Shown piece after piece: positions 36,031-49,114 of a stretch of 64,000 bases of DNA. The notes below the pieces were generated by a model. It was not told where the DNA came from. It saw only the letters and a program-made list of their open reading frames with translations, and ran no database searches. The DNA is taken from assembly GCF_036321535.1 (NCBI RefSeq), contig NC_087437.1:114578001-114642000 (forward strand). Reading direction: 5' to 3'. A program made the position numbers and the translations under genes. How positions within the stretch are numbered: position 1 is the first letter of the stretch; each line of letters begins with the position of its first letter. Origin of the DNA: Camelus dromedarius. Its lineage: Eukaryota.

Positions 36031-38430
36031 ACTGTATGATCACAAAATTCCTGGGTGCCTAGTGCTTGGGACGTCCAGCTTCACTGTTACGAGTCTAAAG
36101 ACCACAGGCAACTTCCTTGGTGGAAAAATTAAGGAAGATGATACAACGAATCTAAGGGATTTGTAACCATATGGTTATTAGATCCCCAAATCAGCCTCTG
36201 GGTGAACTTTTCCATAAAGTAGATGAATGAAATACGGTTTTCAAGTGGTACATTTTAAATGGATTAGTTCATAGAACATGTTTTTTAGGCACCAAATGGA
36301 GCTTCTCTGTGATAACAATTTTCTAGGTTGATACACGTGTAGGAAACCCAAACACAGGATCAGCTTCAGACCTGACCCTTAGACTTCTCCCTCACCTACT
36401 GAACCACAACAAGAATTGGGACAAGAACCTGAACGGTGACACAGTGGAGATGAAACAGGTGATAACAGCGATCCTGACAAAGGCTTACTTGTTACTGCAA
36501 GTCAACTACAAAGTGGGCACAGCATCAACCACAGAACTAGGCGAGGCTTCCCGCCAGGTGGGTGGAGAGAGATGGGCTTACAGGGTCACTGACATCTACC
36601 CGTGGAAACTCAGAACGCGCTCACCTGGCCAATCTCCCTAGTAGGTGGGCCGGCCTGAGCCAGAGAACGTGGTTTCCTCTGACTTAAAATACCTTCTTTA
36701 TTGTCCAAGGGGGTAAAGTTCTGATTGAAATCAAACCTGAAGCACCCTAATTAGTTTGAGTGTCATTATGCAAGGAACCTACTCTATGTCTTCAACAGAT
36801 GAACATAGGCCAGTAGATCAAGGGTAACAAGACAACTTGACCCAAGTAAACAGATTGCTTTCAAGAACAAGCTTTCAAATCTTAGTGCTCTATGGTCAAT
36901 CATGATTATAAGTGGAGTTGTTCTAAGGGTTTACACTACCCTTATTTGTCAAAGTTAATTTAAATTAACCTCCCACACACCTGGCATTCTTTAGAGCTAG
37001 GTGACCTAACTACAAAGCACGTGTATTATTTTATCTAAATGCATTAGGAAAAGAGCTGTACATGGTGGTTTTGTACAGACAGGCTGATTCTCTCTCTTGT
37101 TGATGGTGGGTATTAAACAGTTCTGTTATCTCTATTAGTTCAGTGGAGTGTGGCTAGGATTTGAGGAACGTGGGGAAAAAAAAAAGAAATCACCTGGTTT
37201 GTCAACTTCAGTTTTGTATAAACAGACTTTATCATATCTTCATTAGGAAATCAATTTTCATGAAATTAACTCTTTTTCTTGCTAAATGCTCAATCCTTTA
37301 GTGTTCCTGTTTCCACTTTAAGACCATTCCTAGAATTGACTATTAGAGGATTTACATCTGGGACACATGGCGTATGCCAAATAGATGGAGATGGAATCAG
37401 AATAAGAAGCCTCGCTGGGCAAGAGGTCCAGCATCCCAAACTGTTAAAATATTCTTGGTGTTTGGGAGGAGGTAATAGATCCCCTTGGGTATCTGATACA
37501 AACTCTATACTGTTTCTTCAGAAGCATACATATACGCAAAGTATTTTACACAATTTCAAAGTGTTCATGGACCCACCCCCTCGCCCAACTCCCCCCTCCC
37601 CAGAACTCTTTCATGGATGGTCGAGCATTCATGATCCCCAGACTAGATCTGAAGATTCCTAAGGACCCATGAGGGGCTAAACTGCTAGAGGCCTCTACAG
37701 AAACCACACCTTCAGCCAACAGGTGGCACTGGTCTGGTTGGCTGGGAGCCCTAGCTGGTGCAGTCAGGATGCTCAGGTGACCTTTGCCTGAGTCTCGTCA
37801 TCAAGGCTGTTTTTGCTCTGCAGCTGTCAGGCCAGGTTGGGTGGGTCTGGACTGTCCAGGCCCAAAGGCTCCCAAGGATGACAGGAAGCAATTAGAGTTT
37901 ATCTGGAAATATTCATGCTCTTTAGACTTGATGGGAGGTCTCCTTTCTGAGCCAGAGCCTACATAAAGAAGCTCATTCCAGGAATTAATTACCTCAACTC
38001 TTCTGATGCCGAGGGTCAGAAAAGCGCGGCCTGTGGGGAAGGGGCACCTTATTCAGGGTCTCCAAACCTCCTGCGGCCTGAGTGTGTATGGAAGGGTTCA
38101 TTCTGCTTCCTCCCCAAAGGTTTGGGTGTGGTCCCGACGGTCATGTGCCATGGGCCGCACCTTTCTTGGGTCCAACGAATCTCCTCGTCTGTAACTCCAA
38201 ACCCTCCTTGGGCCAGCTGGTTGAGTGACCGATGTCCCCTTTCATTTGGGTGTGTCTGGGAAGGCCTAGATGAGGGGCGAAACAACCCTCCCACCTGTGC
38301 GAGGCCCGCCCAAGAGCAGACCTGCGGCGAGGACGGGAGCTAGGTGCTCAGGCTGAAAGCGACGCCTACCACCGGGAAGCTGCGAAAGACTTAGGGTGCG
38401 ACCGGGGCACTCGGCAGTCGGCGCCCAGGA

Positions 38431-38655
38431 TCCGCCCCAGCGCGCCGAGGACCCGCCTCCCGGCCCCGCCCTCCTAGGTCCCGCCCTCGGCCCAACCCCA
38501 CGCAGCGAGGGCTCGCCCTTGGCCCCGCCCCCATGCGCCGAGGGCCCTCCTCCCGGCCCCTCCCTCCTAGGGCCCGCCCTCGGTCCCGCCCCAGGCACTG
38601 CGGAGCCGCCCTGTCCCCGCCCCCACTCGCCGAAGGCCCGCCTCCCGGCCCGCCC
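38431..38655. repeat. Degenerate GC-rich tandem repeat, ~92-93 bp period, ~2.4 copies
   Basis: cgccga(g/a)g(a/g)cc..cctcccggccc anchors at 38443, 38536 and 38628. Confidence 0.75.
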
Positions 38656-38699
38656 AGTGTCCTGGAGCCGCGGCCGCTGGGGCTCGGGCGGGGCTCTTC

Positions 38700-38815
38700 T
38701 TCCGCGGTCCCGGCTCTCGCCCGTGCCGCAGCTCCCGACCGCTCTACCCGTCGCGTCCAGATCGGCTCCTCCGCGCTTCCCGTGGGCGCGCCGCCGAGAA
38801 AGGCCTTCTCCGCCG
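38700..38815 (+). other. DOP1B: DOP1B non-coding exon 1 (5' start approximate)
   Basis: CCG|GTAAGT consensus donor at 38816 inside the CpG island, downstream of the GC-box cluster; no ATG in this segment. Confidence 0.7.
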
Positions 38816-41514
38816 GTAAGTCAGGCCCGCTCCCTCAGTCACCAAGCGAAGCCGAGGGAGCCGGGGCGTCTCCTCCCGCGGGCCCGCGAGCGGCGGGGGC
38901 ATCCTCCCCGGGTGCACAGGGTTCGGGCGGTGCCGTGGGACGGCTCCGGGGTGCAGGTACCTCCTCCAAGCGCCGCCTGGGCCCGCGGCGCTCGCTGCTG
39001 CAGTGCGGGGGAGGCCCCAGGGAGGCCGCGAGTGGGCGTGTGCTCCGGCCCGGGACCCCCAAGGGGCGGCCCCGGTTGCTGAGCAGGGTCCCCTCCCACT
39101 TCCCCCGGCTCCTCGCGGCGAAGAAAGAGCGGCCGGACTCCGCGCGGCCTCGCGTCCGGCAGGTGGAGGTCAGGTGGGTCACGGCCCGCCCTCCCCTCAC
39201 CTCCTTCGGCAGATGCCGAAGATGCGGCTTTGTTTGACCACGGTCTTATTCGGGAAGCAGGGCTATGGATCCAGACCTTTATAAGATGAAGGCTTTCCTG
39301 CTAAGAGAAGACCCCGCAAGTCTTCCAGATTGTCCCCAGGAGAAGGGATCCGAGCCGCAGTATGCTCTCTGCCCGCCTGGCCCCTGCGTCTTGCAGGATT
39401 GCCGGCTGCTGCTACCCTGGATGGTCCTTTAGCAACTCACAGTGCGGCTGCTTGTGGGGACTGTTACCGCAGGTGTTTCCCTGACCTGGGAAAGATTTTG
39501 GTAAGGCAGTGGAGGTCTCCTCTCCCCCTAAAGCCTGCACCAATTGATGTCTTACGTTTTTTTTCAACTGCATTTTAATTACTACTCTGAACAACCCGAT
39601 TCAAAATAATGTGCCCTAGAGTTGATGAAACTGATTGCAGACGAGTGTTTCTGTGCTGTGGACTAAGGATCATTATTACCTATTGATAAGTGTTCTCACT
39701 CTTAGGAGGGTGGCTGTTTGACATTGTTCACTGGTCTCCGTTTTCATCTAACTCAGAAACATTCCTTCGTGTAAACATCTCTAAAATTAACTTCTTGTGC
39801 ATCTGGCTGGTTGGCTTTTCGCTTAACCTTGTTTTTCTAAAAAAATTAAGAATGGTTAAGGTGAGACTCTTCCTGGTGACATTTTCCATCTTCAGGCGGT
39901 CACGTCTGGTCCAGTATGCTTGTTGATATGACTGCTTCCATGTGTAACTAATTGGTAGCAGGCTGTAGAGCCCAGTTTGAGTGGGAGGTTGAGTCTCTCA
40001 TAGAAAAGGCATCCAGAGTAGATTGCAAAATCATTGTCAAAAGAGCTCTTCAAGGGCCACGCTGTTAATTCCACCTGTAGCATAATGTGGTAGAGGCTCT
40101 GTGGCATCTGGCTGGCCTGAGCTGGATTCCTCATTCTGTCAGTCGTTTGCTGTGTGAACCCAGCAGTTTTCTGGAGGGTCTGATTCCCCAGTATCCTCAT
40201 CTGAAAGCTGATGATACCCATCTCTTCTGACTCCTGTGTGTTGCCTGAGAGAAATACATGCATAAATCCGGAAGACTTGCTTCATAGCACAGTATCAAGT
40301 GCTGTATTTTGAAATAAAAGAGCTTGCTTGAATGCCTATTTCCAAACTTCTCACCTGTGCTGTTAGTTACATCGAATAGTACTGTAGTTCTTAGCGCCTC
40401 GGGTAACACTGAACTGCTCCAGTTACCTGCTCTTACCTGGCTGACGCCTTCGTTGCCACTAGCAGTGGTGCCCCTCTGCTACCCCGCCTCCTGAGCACAC
40501 GGGTTATTGCTGATGAGGCTCTCTTCCTGCTAACAAGTGCCCACACCTGTGGACTTTGAGGATGTCTCTGGTGTTAGCTGGGCCTCCTCCCTCGCCTTGC
40601 CAGTGTCCCTCTGTTATGTCAGCCCACCCTCTGTCACTGTGTGTGCCCTGTGAAACTGAAATGATGTGTTTAGGTATTTCCTCTTTTATTAGGCTCTGAG
40701 CTGTGAGCGTGGAACCCTGCCTTGTTCATGTTTCTTTCCCCAGTGCTGAGACACCTAATACAGTGGACAGGCTCCATGGAGTATTGCAGTGGTTTGGACA
40801 CACAGAATTTCAGACTTGTGTATTACCTGGAATTGAAAAAAAAAAAAAAAAAAGAACTTATGGACATGTTGGAATGTCCTAAATTCGTATGTCTTTACTT
40901 GATAAAAGAAACCACCCCTCTCATTACCATACTTAATATTTTCAAGTATGAAGGCTGTTATTTCAGAAAAAGGGAAGACTTTTCCACAAATGAGCAGACA
41001 GTCATACTGTGTGGGTGCGTATGCACAGTACAGTATGTATGTGTTTGCAGAGAGGCCCTTCGTGTGCGGAGGCTCTGCGGCAGGATGAGTCCATCTTAAG
41101 CAAGCAGAGTGCCTTGAGGAGAGAGGCAGGTGGAGCCTTGTAGGCCCCAGAGTGGGCTGTGGGGGAGGAGGGAGTGTGGGCTGATTGTAAGCGCAGTGGG
41201 AGGAGTGTAAGCGTGGTGGGGACTTGGAGCGCTGGGTGAAGGTACTTTGTGTTGGGGGGAGAGTGAAGGAGGACCCTTAGGAAGCTTCTGCAAGCTTGTG
41301 GGAGAAAGATGGCTTGCACAGAGGAGATGGGGAGCAGGCGAATCCATGGGTATTTTGGAAGAAGAGCCAACAGGACTTGGGTTGAGTGTGGCAGGTGAAG
41401 AGGAGGAGGAGTCCAGGACGATGTCAAAGGCCCCATAGGTAGGAGGGCCACTTTCTGAGGAAAGGAGGACCAGAAAGGGAGCATGTTGCACAGATAGAAT
41501 CGAGAGTGGAGGGT

Positions 41515-41935
41515 TTTTTAAAAAGTGTTGTTGAGGTACAATTTACCAACCATAAAATCCATTCATTTAAGTATACAATTCAGTGATTTTTAGTAAATTT
41601 ATAGAGATGTGCAGCCATCACCATAATCTAGTGTTAGCACATTTCTATCACCCCCCCCCGAAAGATCCCTTGTGCCCCCTTGCAGCTACCCCATGACCCC
41701 CTCCCCACCCTAGGCAACCACTAGCTAACCCACCTGCCATCTCTATAGGTTTGCCTGTTCTGGGCATTTAGTATAAACGTCATCATACAGTACGCGGCCT
41801 GTTAGGGCTGGCTGCTTCCACTGAGCTTGTACTTTCCAGCTTCATCCACACTGTCGCAGGTTTCAGTCCTCATTCATCTTCATAGCTGAATAGTGTGTCG
41901 TCGTATGGTCAGACCGCATTTTGTTGATGGACACC
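41515..41935 (-). mobile_element. L1MB-like 3' end inserted within L2 remnants (~41130-42420)
   Basis: ttgaggtacaattta...gtatacaattcagtgatttttagt...ctctataggtttgcctgttctgggcattt. Confidence 0.75.
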
Positions 41936-44313
41936 GGGGAGTCTAGTTTGGGACGTGCCAAATTTCAAACACTTGTGCCATTTCCAGATGAAGAAGTCAA
42001 GGGGCCATTTACATGAATTTGGGCCCTGGATGGGGCACTTTGGGTGGTTATAAATCTGTGGGTCATTGGCAGAAAGATGGTATTTGTAAGTGAAAGGAGT
42101 GGAGAAATCACTGAGGGTGGAGAGAGAAAGAGGGCCCAAGCTTGGTGTCTGGGAGTGTTGGGCAGTCAGGTAGCTGACGGTGAGCCTGCAGATGGGACCG
42201 CACAGCGGAGGGGTGGGAGGGGACCAGCATGGGGCCAGCGGCCTGGAGGAGTGTGGGCTCAAAGGAGGCTGTTTGGAGAAGGAGGAAGTGGTCTGATGCA
42301 CAGCCCTCCTGAGAGGTGAATGAGGAAACAAGAGTCCACTGACGTTGGCGACTTGAAAGTCGTGTTGGCCTTGAGAAGACTGGAGCGTGCCCAGAGCAAT
42401 GGAAAGCGAAGTAGGAGGTACCATGGGAGCCCTGCAACTGCCCCAGGTCCATCTGTGAAGGAGTCAGGCTTGAAGGACACATTGTACCTGCAGTTCAGTT
42501 CGTTCTGTCTGTGATGTTTGCCTTTTCATTTGCCTGACAACATGCAGCTTGGTTAGCAAACTAGCCGCAGCTCCATGGATTTAATCAGATCACCATTGTT
42601 CCATGTCTCTCTCTCAGACTGTGTGCTAGTGAAATATTACTTAGGCTCATAAATCGATCAGGATTGTGTTTGGTTGTGAACACCAGAAAACTAGACTGAA
42701 GGGTAGAACAAATGAGCTCTTCTGTGCAGAAAACAGTTAAGTCCAGAGGCAGAGCGTCCAGCATTGGTCTGGTGCCTTCTGGGCCCTCAGCTGCTCAGTC
42801 CTTCCCCTTCCATACAGAAGTCATGTGCTAAAGATGGCTCTTCCCTCTTGGTTGAAAGATGTGGCTTCAGTTCCAACATCATACCTTTGTTCCAGGCAGA
42901 GAGAAGGGGAAGGGTGAACGACAAAAGGCCAGAGGAGTCTCCACCACCAGCTTCTGTGGGCGTCTCATTGCCCAGAGAGGTCACACAGCCACCTGGCTGC
43001 AGGGAGGCTGGGAACCATAGTGCTGCCCGAGCAAACTGAGGGTTCCCTTAGTGTGGAGAAGGGGGACAAGGAGTTTGGGGGAGGTGCCTGTCACTCTTTA
43101 AATAGATCTTAATCAGGTGAAACCTAAAGAAGGGAGGCAGGCGGGAACCCTCAGGTATCACTTTTGAGAAAACTTTGGCATATGGAGCTTGGTGACAAGT
43201 CCAGGGAGTGATTGAACACTTCCATGTCTTGTGAAGTACTTTTCAGAGCTGTAACTTGTTTGAATAGACTGATGGGTTGACCTTCAGATTTTTTTTTTTA
43301 ATTGAAGGAGTGAAAACAGAACTTAAGCATGCATTTCTATATGTTAAAATGTAAAAATGATGGATGTTTTCAAAAACCCAGATCAGTGCAGCATCTCATG
43401 ATGTTCTTTGTTTCCTTTTGTCATATTGGGGATGAAAAGAAGACGAAGGGAAATGGTTGCTGTTGGCATTGGGATCACGCGGTCTGTGTCCCGGGCTTTG
43501 CAGCAGCTGCAGTGGTTCATATATAATGAATGCATCTAGCCACAGAAAAAAGTAAAAGAATCCATCAAAGCATATACACGGGCAAGAATAAAAAGATGAC
43601 TGCTTGGGCCCTGGTATAACAGCAGGTGTAACCTCCATCCAGACGCTGCACCCGGAGGAGGCCCAGAGCTGTCGGGGCAGCACCCTGTCCGGGGCTCGAC
43701 AGGTAATTGGCGCTTAGGAAATGAACAGGCATGTGGTGGATTTCTGCCAGCACTGCTGTCAGGCACTTCGCTCTTACATCCTTATGTTCTTTAGCTGTTT
43801 TTTCCCCACATGACTTTCTTGTAGGATATTTCCAACCCTCTATCCAAGTCTGGTTGTAGAGGGCTGGATTGCTAACCAGACTGTTCAGTTAGGAACCACA
43901 GATCTGCTTCTCTTTAGGTTTTGTAAATGCCCTACACTGAGAGGGACCATCTGCGTTCAGAATTACCAGTTGGCAGCAACTTGCAGTTAGCCACTTTGTG
44001 AATTTTGCTTCTCAAGTGCATTTTGTCCATTAAGTGGGACCCTAGCATTTCACTTCTTTCTGCTCCGTGCATTTATCTCCCTCCGAGTCCAGGAGGTCCG
44101 GAACTGTTTATCTTTTATCTCCCCTAGCTCCTGGCTCAGAAGCCTTGCTAAATATTTGAGTTGGACTGCCCAGCGAGCTTGTGCACAATCGTGTTTGTGG
44201 ACGCGTGTCCTCTGGCGCTCTGGGCTGGGGACGCGTCTCATCCTTGAAGAGCTGCCTCACTTGTTTATTCTTTGATTCCCTTTTAGGTACCTTCTCTGCT
44301 GCAAGAATGTAAG

Positions 44314-44451
44314 ATGGAGCCAGAAGAGCAGGAACTATTGAATGATTACAGATACAGAAATTACTCTTCAGTGATTGAAAAGGCCTTAAGAAATTTTGAG
44401 TCCTCAAGTGAGTGGGCGGATCTCATCTCCTCCCTGGGCAAGCTCAACAAG
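44314..44451 (+). CDS. DOP1B: DOP1 leucine zipper-like protein B (Dopey-2), first coding exon; exon starts at 44287; gene continues beyond the window
   Basis: [46 protein letters not shown] is the Dopey N-terminus; acceptor tttttAG ending 44286; donor AAG|GTATGT at 44452; I did not find the next exon in the window. Confidence 0.93.
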
Positions 44452-45724
44452 GTATGTGGGGCTGGGAGCATTGGGATTGTGTGGGGGCGGGGACACAGCT
44501 GCCCTTTTATTACTTCAAGGACGTGTCTTTTTCATATTACACTACATGCTGATTACAGCCATCAGATAAGAGGAAACACCTGTAACTCTGTCGCCCAGAG
44601 TTACCCACTGTTAACCAGTCAGCGTCCCTATCTCCTTCCAGCTCTTTTTCCCTAAGCACAGAAGTACAGTGTGGGTACAGCCAGTAGAAGAGCCGAACAG
44701 CCTTTTTCTCAACAATATTTAGGTCTAAACAAGGTAATAAGTTTTTAAACTGTGCAGTTATGCAAAGATGAATCATTCTGTGTAGTGCTTAGGATTTTTA
44801 TGACTTTTTCTTACCCGGTCTACTTTTTTTCACCATTTTAGTGCCAACTGGTAACTCCTAGAATAAAGGATGAAATAAGTACTGAAATCTGCCCAGAAGT
44901 TGTGTGTGTTTGGACAGGGGAAAATGGGGCGGGGCAGGTCTAGGAAGACCAGAATTGGTTGCATGTGGGCTTGACCTTGTGTTCTAGGGATGGGACCACT
45001 GTATTTTCCCATCCTGCCCAAAAGGAGGGTGACCACTGTGTCCTGTAGGAAGCAGATATCTGGGCTTGGAGAGGCTGTGCCTGGCTCCCCATTGCTGTGT
45101 GGCCAGGGCTCCCAGCTGTGACACCTGACACCTGTGAGCCTGAGTGCCATATGGAAGCTGGGAGATGCCCATCCTACTCTGGGAGGTCCCCACTCCCCAG
45201 TGCACACACACCAGGGGACTCGAACAAACCTTGCTAAAGAGAAGGAATTTGTCTTTTTACCTTTTTAAGGAACGGGGGGTGGGGGAGGAGTTAGAATGCG
45301 AGTGGCCTGACCACGGGGACAGCGTCTGGGCAGCCTTCCAGCACCAACTGCCAGAAGGCAGCTGTCAGCGCTCACAGATGGCACAGTGGAGACAGGCAGT
45401 TATTACAGGTTGTGGCTGGGAAACTGCATGGTCTCTGCAAGGTGGATTTACAACACGGGAGCATCGTGGCTGGTGCTGGCAGGGAGGGAGACCTGTAATA
45501 AAACAGCAGATAAGAGTTTGAGAGTGCTTTGGTTGTAGGGCTGTAACTCAGGATTTTTCTAGCTGACATTCACTGTCTTGCATGAAGGTGGGTTGCTTTT
45601 TTAGGGGAAAACAAGGAGCCCTGGTGTGGGATTTGGGCATATTCAGGTTTTTCTAACTGTGTCAATAATTACTATTTGACTCTCCTGGAATCTAAAAACA
45701 GCATCCTTTTTTGGGGCGAGTGTA

Positions 45725-47545
45725 TTTAGTTTTTTGCTCTTGAGTTAAAATTCATGCAACCATTCAACCATCTTTAAGTATACAGTAAAGCGGCTTCTTG
45801 TTCGTTCATGCTGTTGTGCAGCCATCACCCCGGTCTAGTTCCAGAACATTTTCACCCCCTCCAAAAGGAAACCCCCGCCAGCCCTCCCCTTCCCCAGCCC
45901 CTGGCAACCACTAATCTATTTTCCATGTCTACAGATATTTCATATAAAAGAAATCGTACAATAACATGGCCTCTTGTGTCTGGCTTCTTTCATTTAGCGT
46001 GTTTGCAGGGTTCATCGTGTTGTTATGTGTGTCAGTATTTCATTGCTTTTTATGGCTGAATAATGTTCCATCGTGTGACTGGGCCACATTTTGTTTATCC
46101 ATTGAGTTTCTACAGTTTGGCTCTTGCTGAATAGTACTGTATGAACATTTGTGGACGAGTTCTTCTTTGAACACCCGTCTTCATTTCTTCTGGGTATATA
46201 CATAGGAGTGGAGTTACTCAGTCATACGGTAATTCTGCATTGAACTTACTGAGGAACCGCCAAACTGTCTTCCTCAGTGGCTGCCCCGCTGTGCATGCCC
46301 ACCAGCAGTATATGAGGGTTCTGATTTCTTCTAATCCTTGATAACATTATTTTAACCATTAAAAACCATATTTTAACCATAAAAAATATTTGTGGTTGTT
46401 TTTATGTACCTTCTAGGTTCAGGCATTATTGTGGAGGTTGTTTCTAGAGTAATTAAACTCATATTACTTATTAAAAAACACTTTTTTCAGGGTTTTTTTT
46501 GCTGATAGCCCTCTTAGTGGGTATGCAATGGTGTCTCATGGTTTTGATTTTTATTTCCCTAATGACTAAAATTTTGAGCATCTTTCCATTTGCTTATTGG
46601 CCATTTGTATATCCTCCTTGGAGAAACTTCTATTCAAGTACTATGTCCGTTTTTTCACCATGTTGTTTGTCTTTTTATTGTTGATTTGTAAGAGTTCCTT
46701 ATATATTCTGGATACTGGCCCCTTATTGTATATATATTGGGCACATATTTTTTTCCCCAGTCTTTGGGTTGGCTTTTCACTTTTTTGATAGTGTCCTTTG
46801 ATACTCACAATTTTTAATTTTGATGAAGTTCAATTTGTCTGTTTTTTCTTTTGTTGCTTGTGCTTTTGGTGCATAGCCAAGAAACCATTGCCAAATCCAA
46901 GATCATAAAGATTTACCCCTGTGTTTTCTTCTAAGAGTTTTATAGCTTTAGCTCTTACGTTTAGGTCTTTGATCCATTCTAATTTTTTTTTAATTGAAGT
47001 ACCGTCAGTTACAATGTGTCAATTTCTAGCGTACAACACAATGTCATTCTGAGTTAATTTTTTCACATGGTGTGAGGTGTGGCTCCAACTTCATTCTTTT
47101 GCACGTGGAAATCCCGTTGTTCCACATGTGAAAAGCCATCTGTTGAAGAGACAGTTATTTTCAAGAGTCTTGGAACTGTTGTTGAAAGTCAGTTGACCGT
47201 AGAGAAATGGGTTTACTTCTGGACTTTCATTTTTTTTCCCAGTGATCTATATGCTTATCTTTATGCCAGTATCACACGTTTTGATTATTGTAGCTTTGTA
47301 GTAAGTTTTGATACGAGGAAGTGAGAGTCTTTCAACTTTGTTGTTCTCTTTCAGAATTGTTCTGGATTCCTTGAAATTCCATTTGAATTTTAGGATCAGC
47401 TTTTCAATTTCTGCAAAAGCCAAGTGGGATTTTGAAAGGGATTGCCTTACTCTGTAGATGGCTTTGGGAAATCTTACCATGTTAACAATATTATGTCTTT
47501 TAATCCGTGAACACAGAATGTCTCCCCATTTATTTAGGACCATGT
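45725..47545 (-). mobile_element. L1MB-like 3' portion, DOP1B intron 2
   Basis: Antisense ORF2 and 3' UTR (gccatttgtatatcctccttggagaa; ttttcttctaagagttttatag; ttgattattgtagctttgtagtaag). Confidence 0.88.
46981..47044 (-). mobile_element. Ultra-short young L1 3' end nested in an older L1
   Basis: ttttaattgaagtaccgtcagttacaatgtgtcaatttctagcgtac matches the 3' tip of 6915-7572; cattct on both sides. Confidence 0.75.
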
Positions 47546-47739
47546 ACATTCTGAGGTAGGTAAAATTATAAATTTGGAAAGTGCAGTTCTTGAGCAATGA
47601 GGTATTCTATGAAATAAACTTTGTTTCAGTAGCCCTGAAAACTTTCAAAAGTTTTTAATCATTTTAACCCGCCTTTTAGAATGCAGGTGATCAGATACGG
47701 TTGAGTCTTTCTTTAAGGAGCTTTGAAAGCACTGGCCAT

Positions 47740-48570
47740 TCGTTCATTCATTCATTTATTCAGTAGCCTTCTGAGTGCCTGAAACATGCCAGTAGGTAAG
47801 TGCCAGGGCACAGCAGAGAACAGAACTGACAAGACCCTGCCCTCACTGTAGCGGGGGTGGGGGAAGCTGTGTGATAAACACAATATACATGCTGTTAGGT
47901 GGTGATGAGTTCTGTGCCAGGAGTGGAGAGGGGATGGGATGGTGAGTATCAGGGGAACACTGTGATTCAGTGGGGTCATCAGGAAGCCTTGCTGAGTCAG
48001 TGCCAGTTTGAGACACACTCAGGCTCTGGTGGCCAGGGAGGTTGTCATGAAGCAGGCAAGGAATGGGGAGATCGCAGGAAACAAGGCCACAGAGGGGAGG
48101 GTTGGGGGGCATCTGATCTTGTAGGTCCTTTAAAACCGGAGTCTGACAGTGGCCCCTAAGGGGGGAAGCTGCCTGGCAGAGTGATGTGGCCCGGCCTCCC
48201 TTTTAGGTGCTAAAACCATTTCCAGCTGCTCTAGTGAGGTGGGGTCAGGCAGAAACAGGGAGACCACTTAGGAGCTGTTGCTGTAACACAGGTGAGCCAG
48301 CGGGGAAGCGTCTGTTTTCGGAATAGACTTCAGAGGTGTAGCAAATGGGCTTTGCCTGTGGATCAGATGTGGGATATAAGGGAAAGGGGAATTGGGTACG
48401 ACTTGCAGGTTTCCTCCCAGGTCTTTAGCTTGAGAAGCTGAAAGGGTGCGATAGGGAGACAGGAGAAGCCGGCCCCATGGGCTGGGAAGGGAGGCCAGGG
48501 GTTCCCTTTGGGACGGATTAGTTTGCACGTCCGGTGGATGTCCCGTGGCTGGTGAGATGTGAGTCGTATG
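47740..48570 (-). mobile_element. LINE-2 3' portion
   Basis: ttcattcattcatttattca tail...gacaagaccctgccctc...gcagaaacagggagaccacttaggagct. Confidence 0.75.
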
Positions 48571-49114
48571 GGGTAAGAGTTTAAAAAGACAACTTTTGTT
48601 ACGGTCGTTACCCAGTTGCATGTAACCCCACTCCTGCGTCCTCTTTGCTCCAGCTTCCTGTTCTCTGCGGCCACAATTAGGTAATGAAGGAGAGCAGCCC
48701 CCTTGATGAACTTGCAGGAGATCCACGGGATGAGGGTGACACGTCTGTCCCACCCTCAGCCTTGCTAATGACAGCGGACATCATAGAGAGCCTACTGTGT
48801 GCTGAGGACTCAGTGTGCATAGTTATATGTACTTACAGTGTGGCTGGAGATTGGACTCAGACGCAGCAACTTGTGCAGGATCACAGACAGCAAGCAGCAG
48901 AGGGATGACCCAGGTCCTGTCTGCCGACCTCCAAGCTTCATGCTCTGGAGCGGGGCCCCCCGACTGTTTTCATGTCAGTGTCTGTACGGCTCACATAAGC
49001 GGACAGGAGAGACATCTCTCTGCTTTCTTCATTACCAAACAAGGTAGAGCTGATTATTAGCTCCATTTTACTGGTGAGGTTAGCTAACTGCCCGATCTCA
49101 TATGGCTGCTGAGT

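Larger units (their letters stand above)
38280..39250. promoter_or_regulatory. DOP1B: DOP1B CpG-island promoter
   Basis: Very high GC/CpG, many CCCGCCC Sp/KLF boxes, contains a strong splice donor, lies upstream of the first DOP1B coding exon. Confidence 0.85.

Noticed and set aside
38396..39237. Long ORFs of 228 and 234 aa (Pro/Gly/Arg/Ala-rich)
   Set aside because: Stop-codon depletion in a CpG island; no recognisable domain; they run through the exon-1 splice donor.
44281..44292. AG|GT at the DOP1B exon-2 acceptor as a recursive splice site
   Set aside because: The reconstituted donor GTACCT is a poor consensus match and there is no other support.
44452..44655. Continuation of the DOP1B ORF to 113 aa
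   Set aside because: Dopey similarity ends at KLNK, exactly at a GTATGT donor; the rest is intron.
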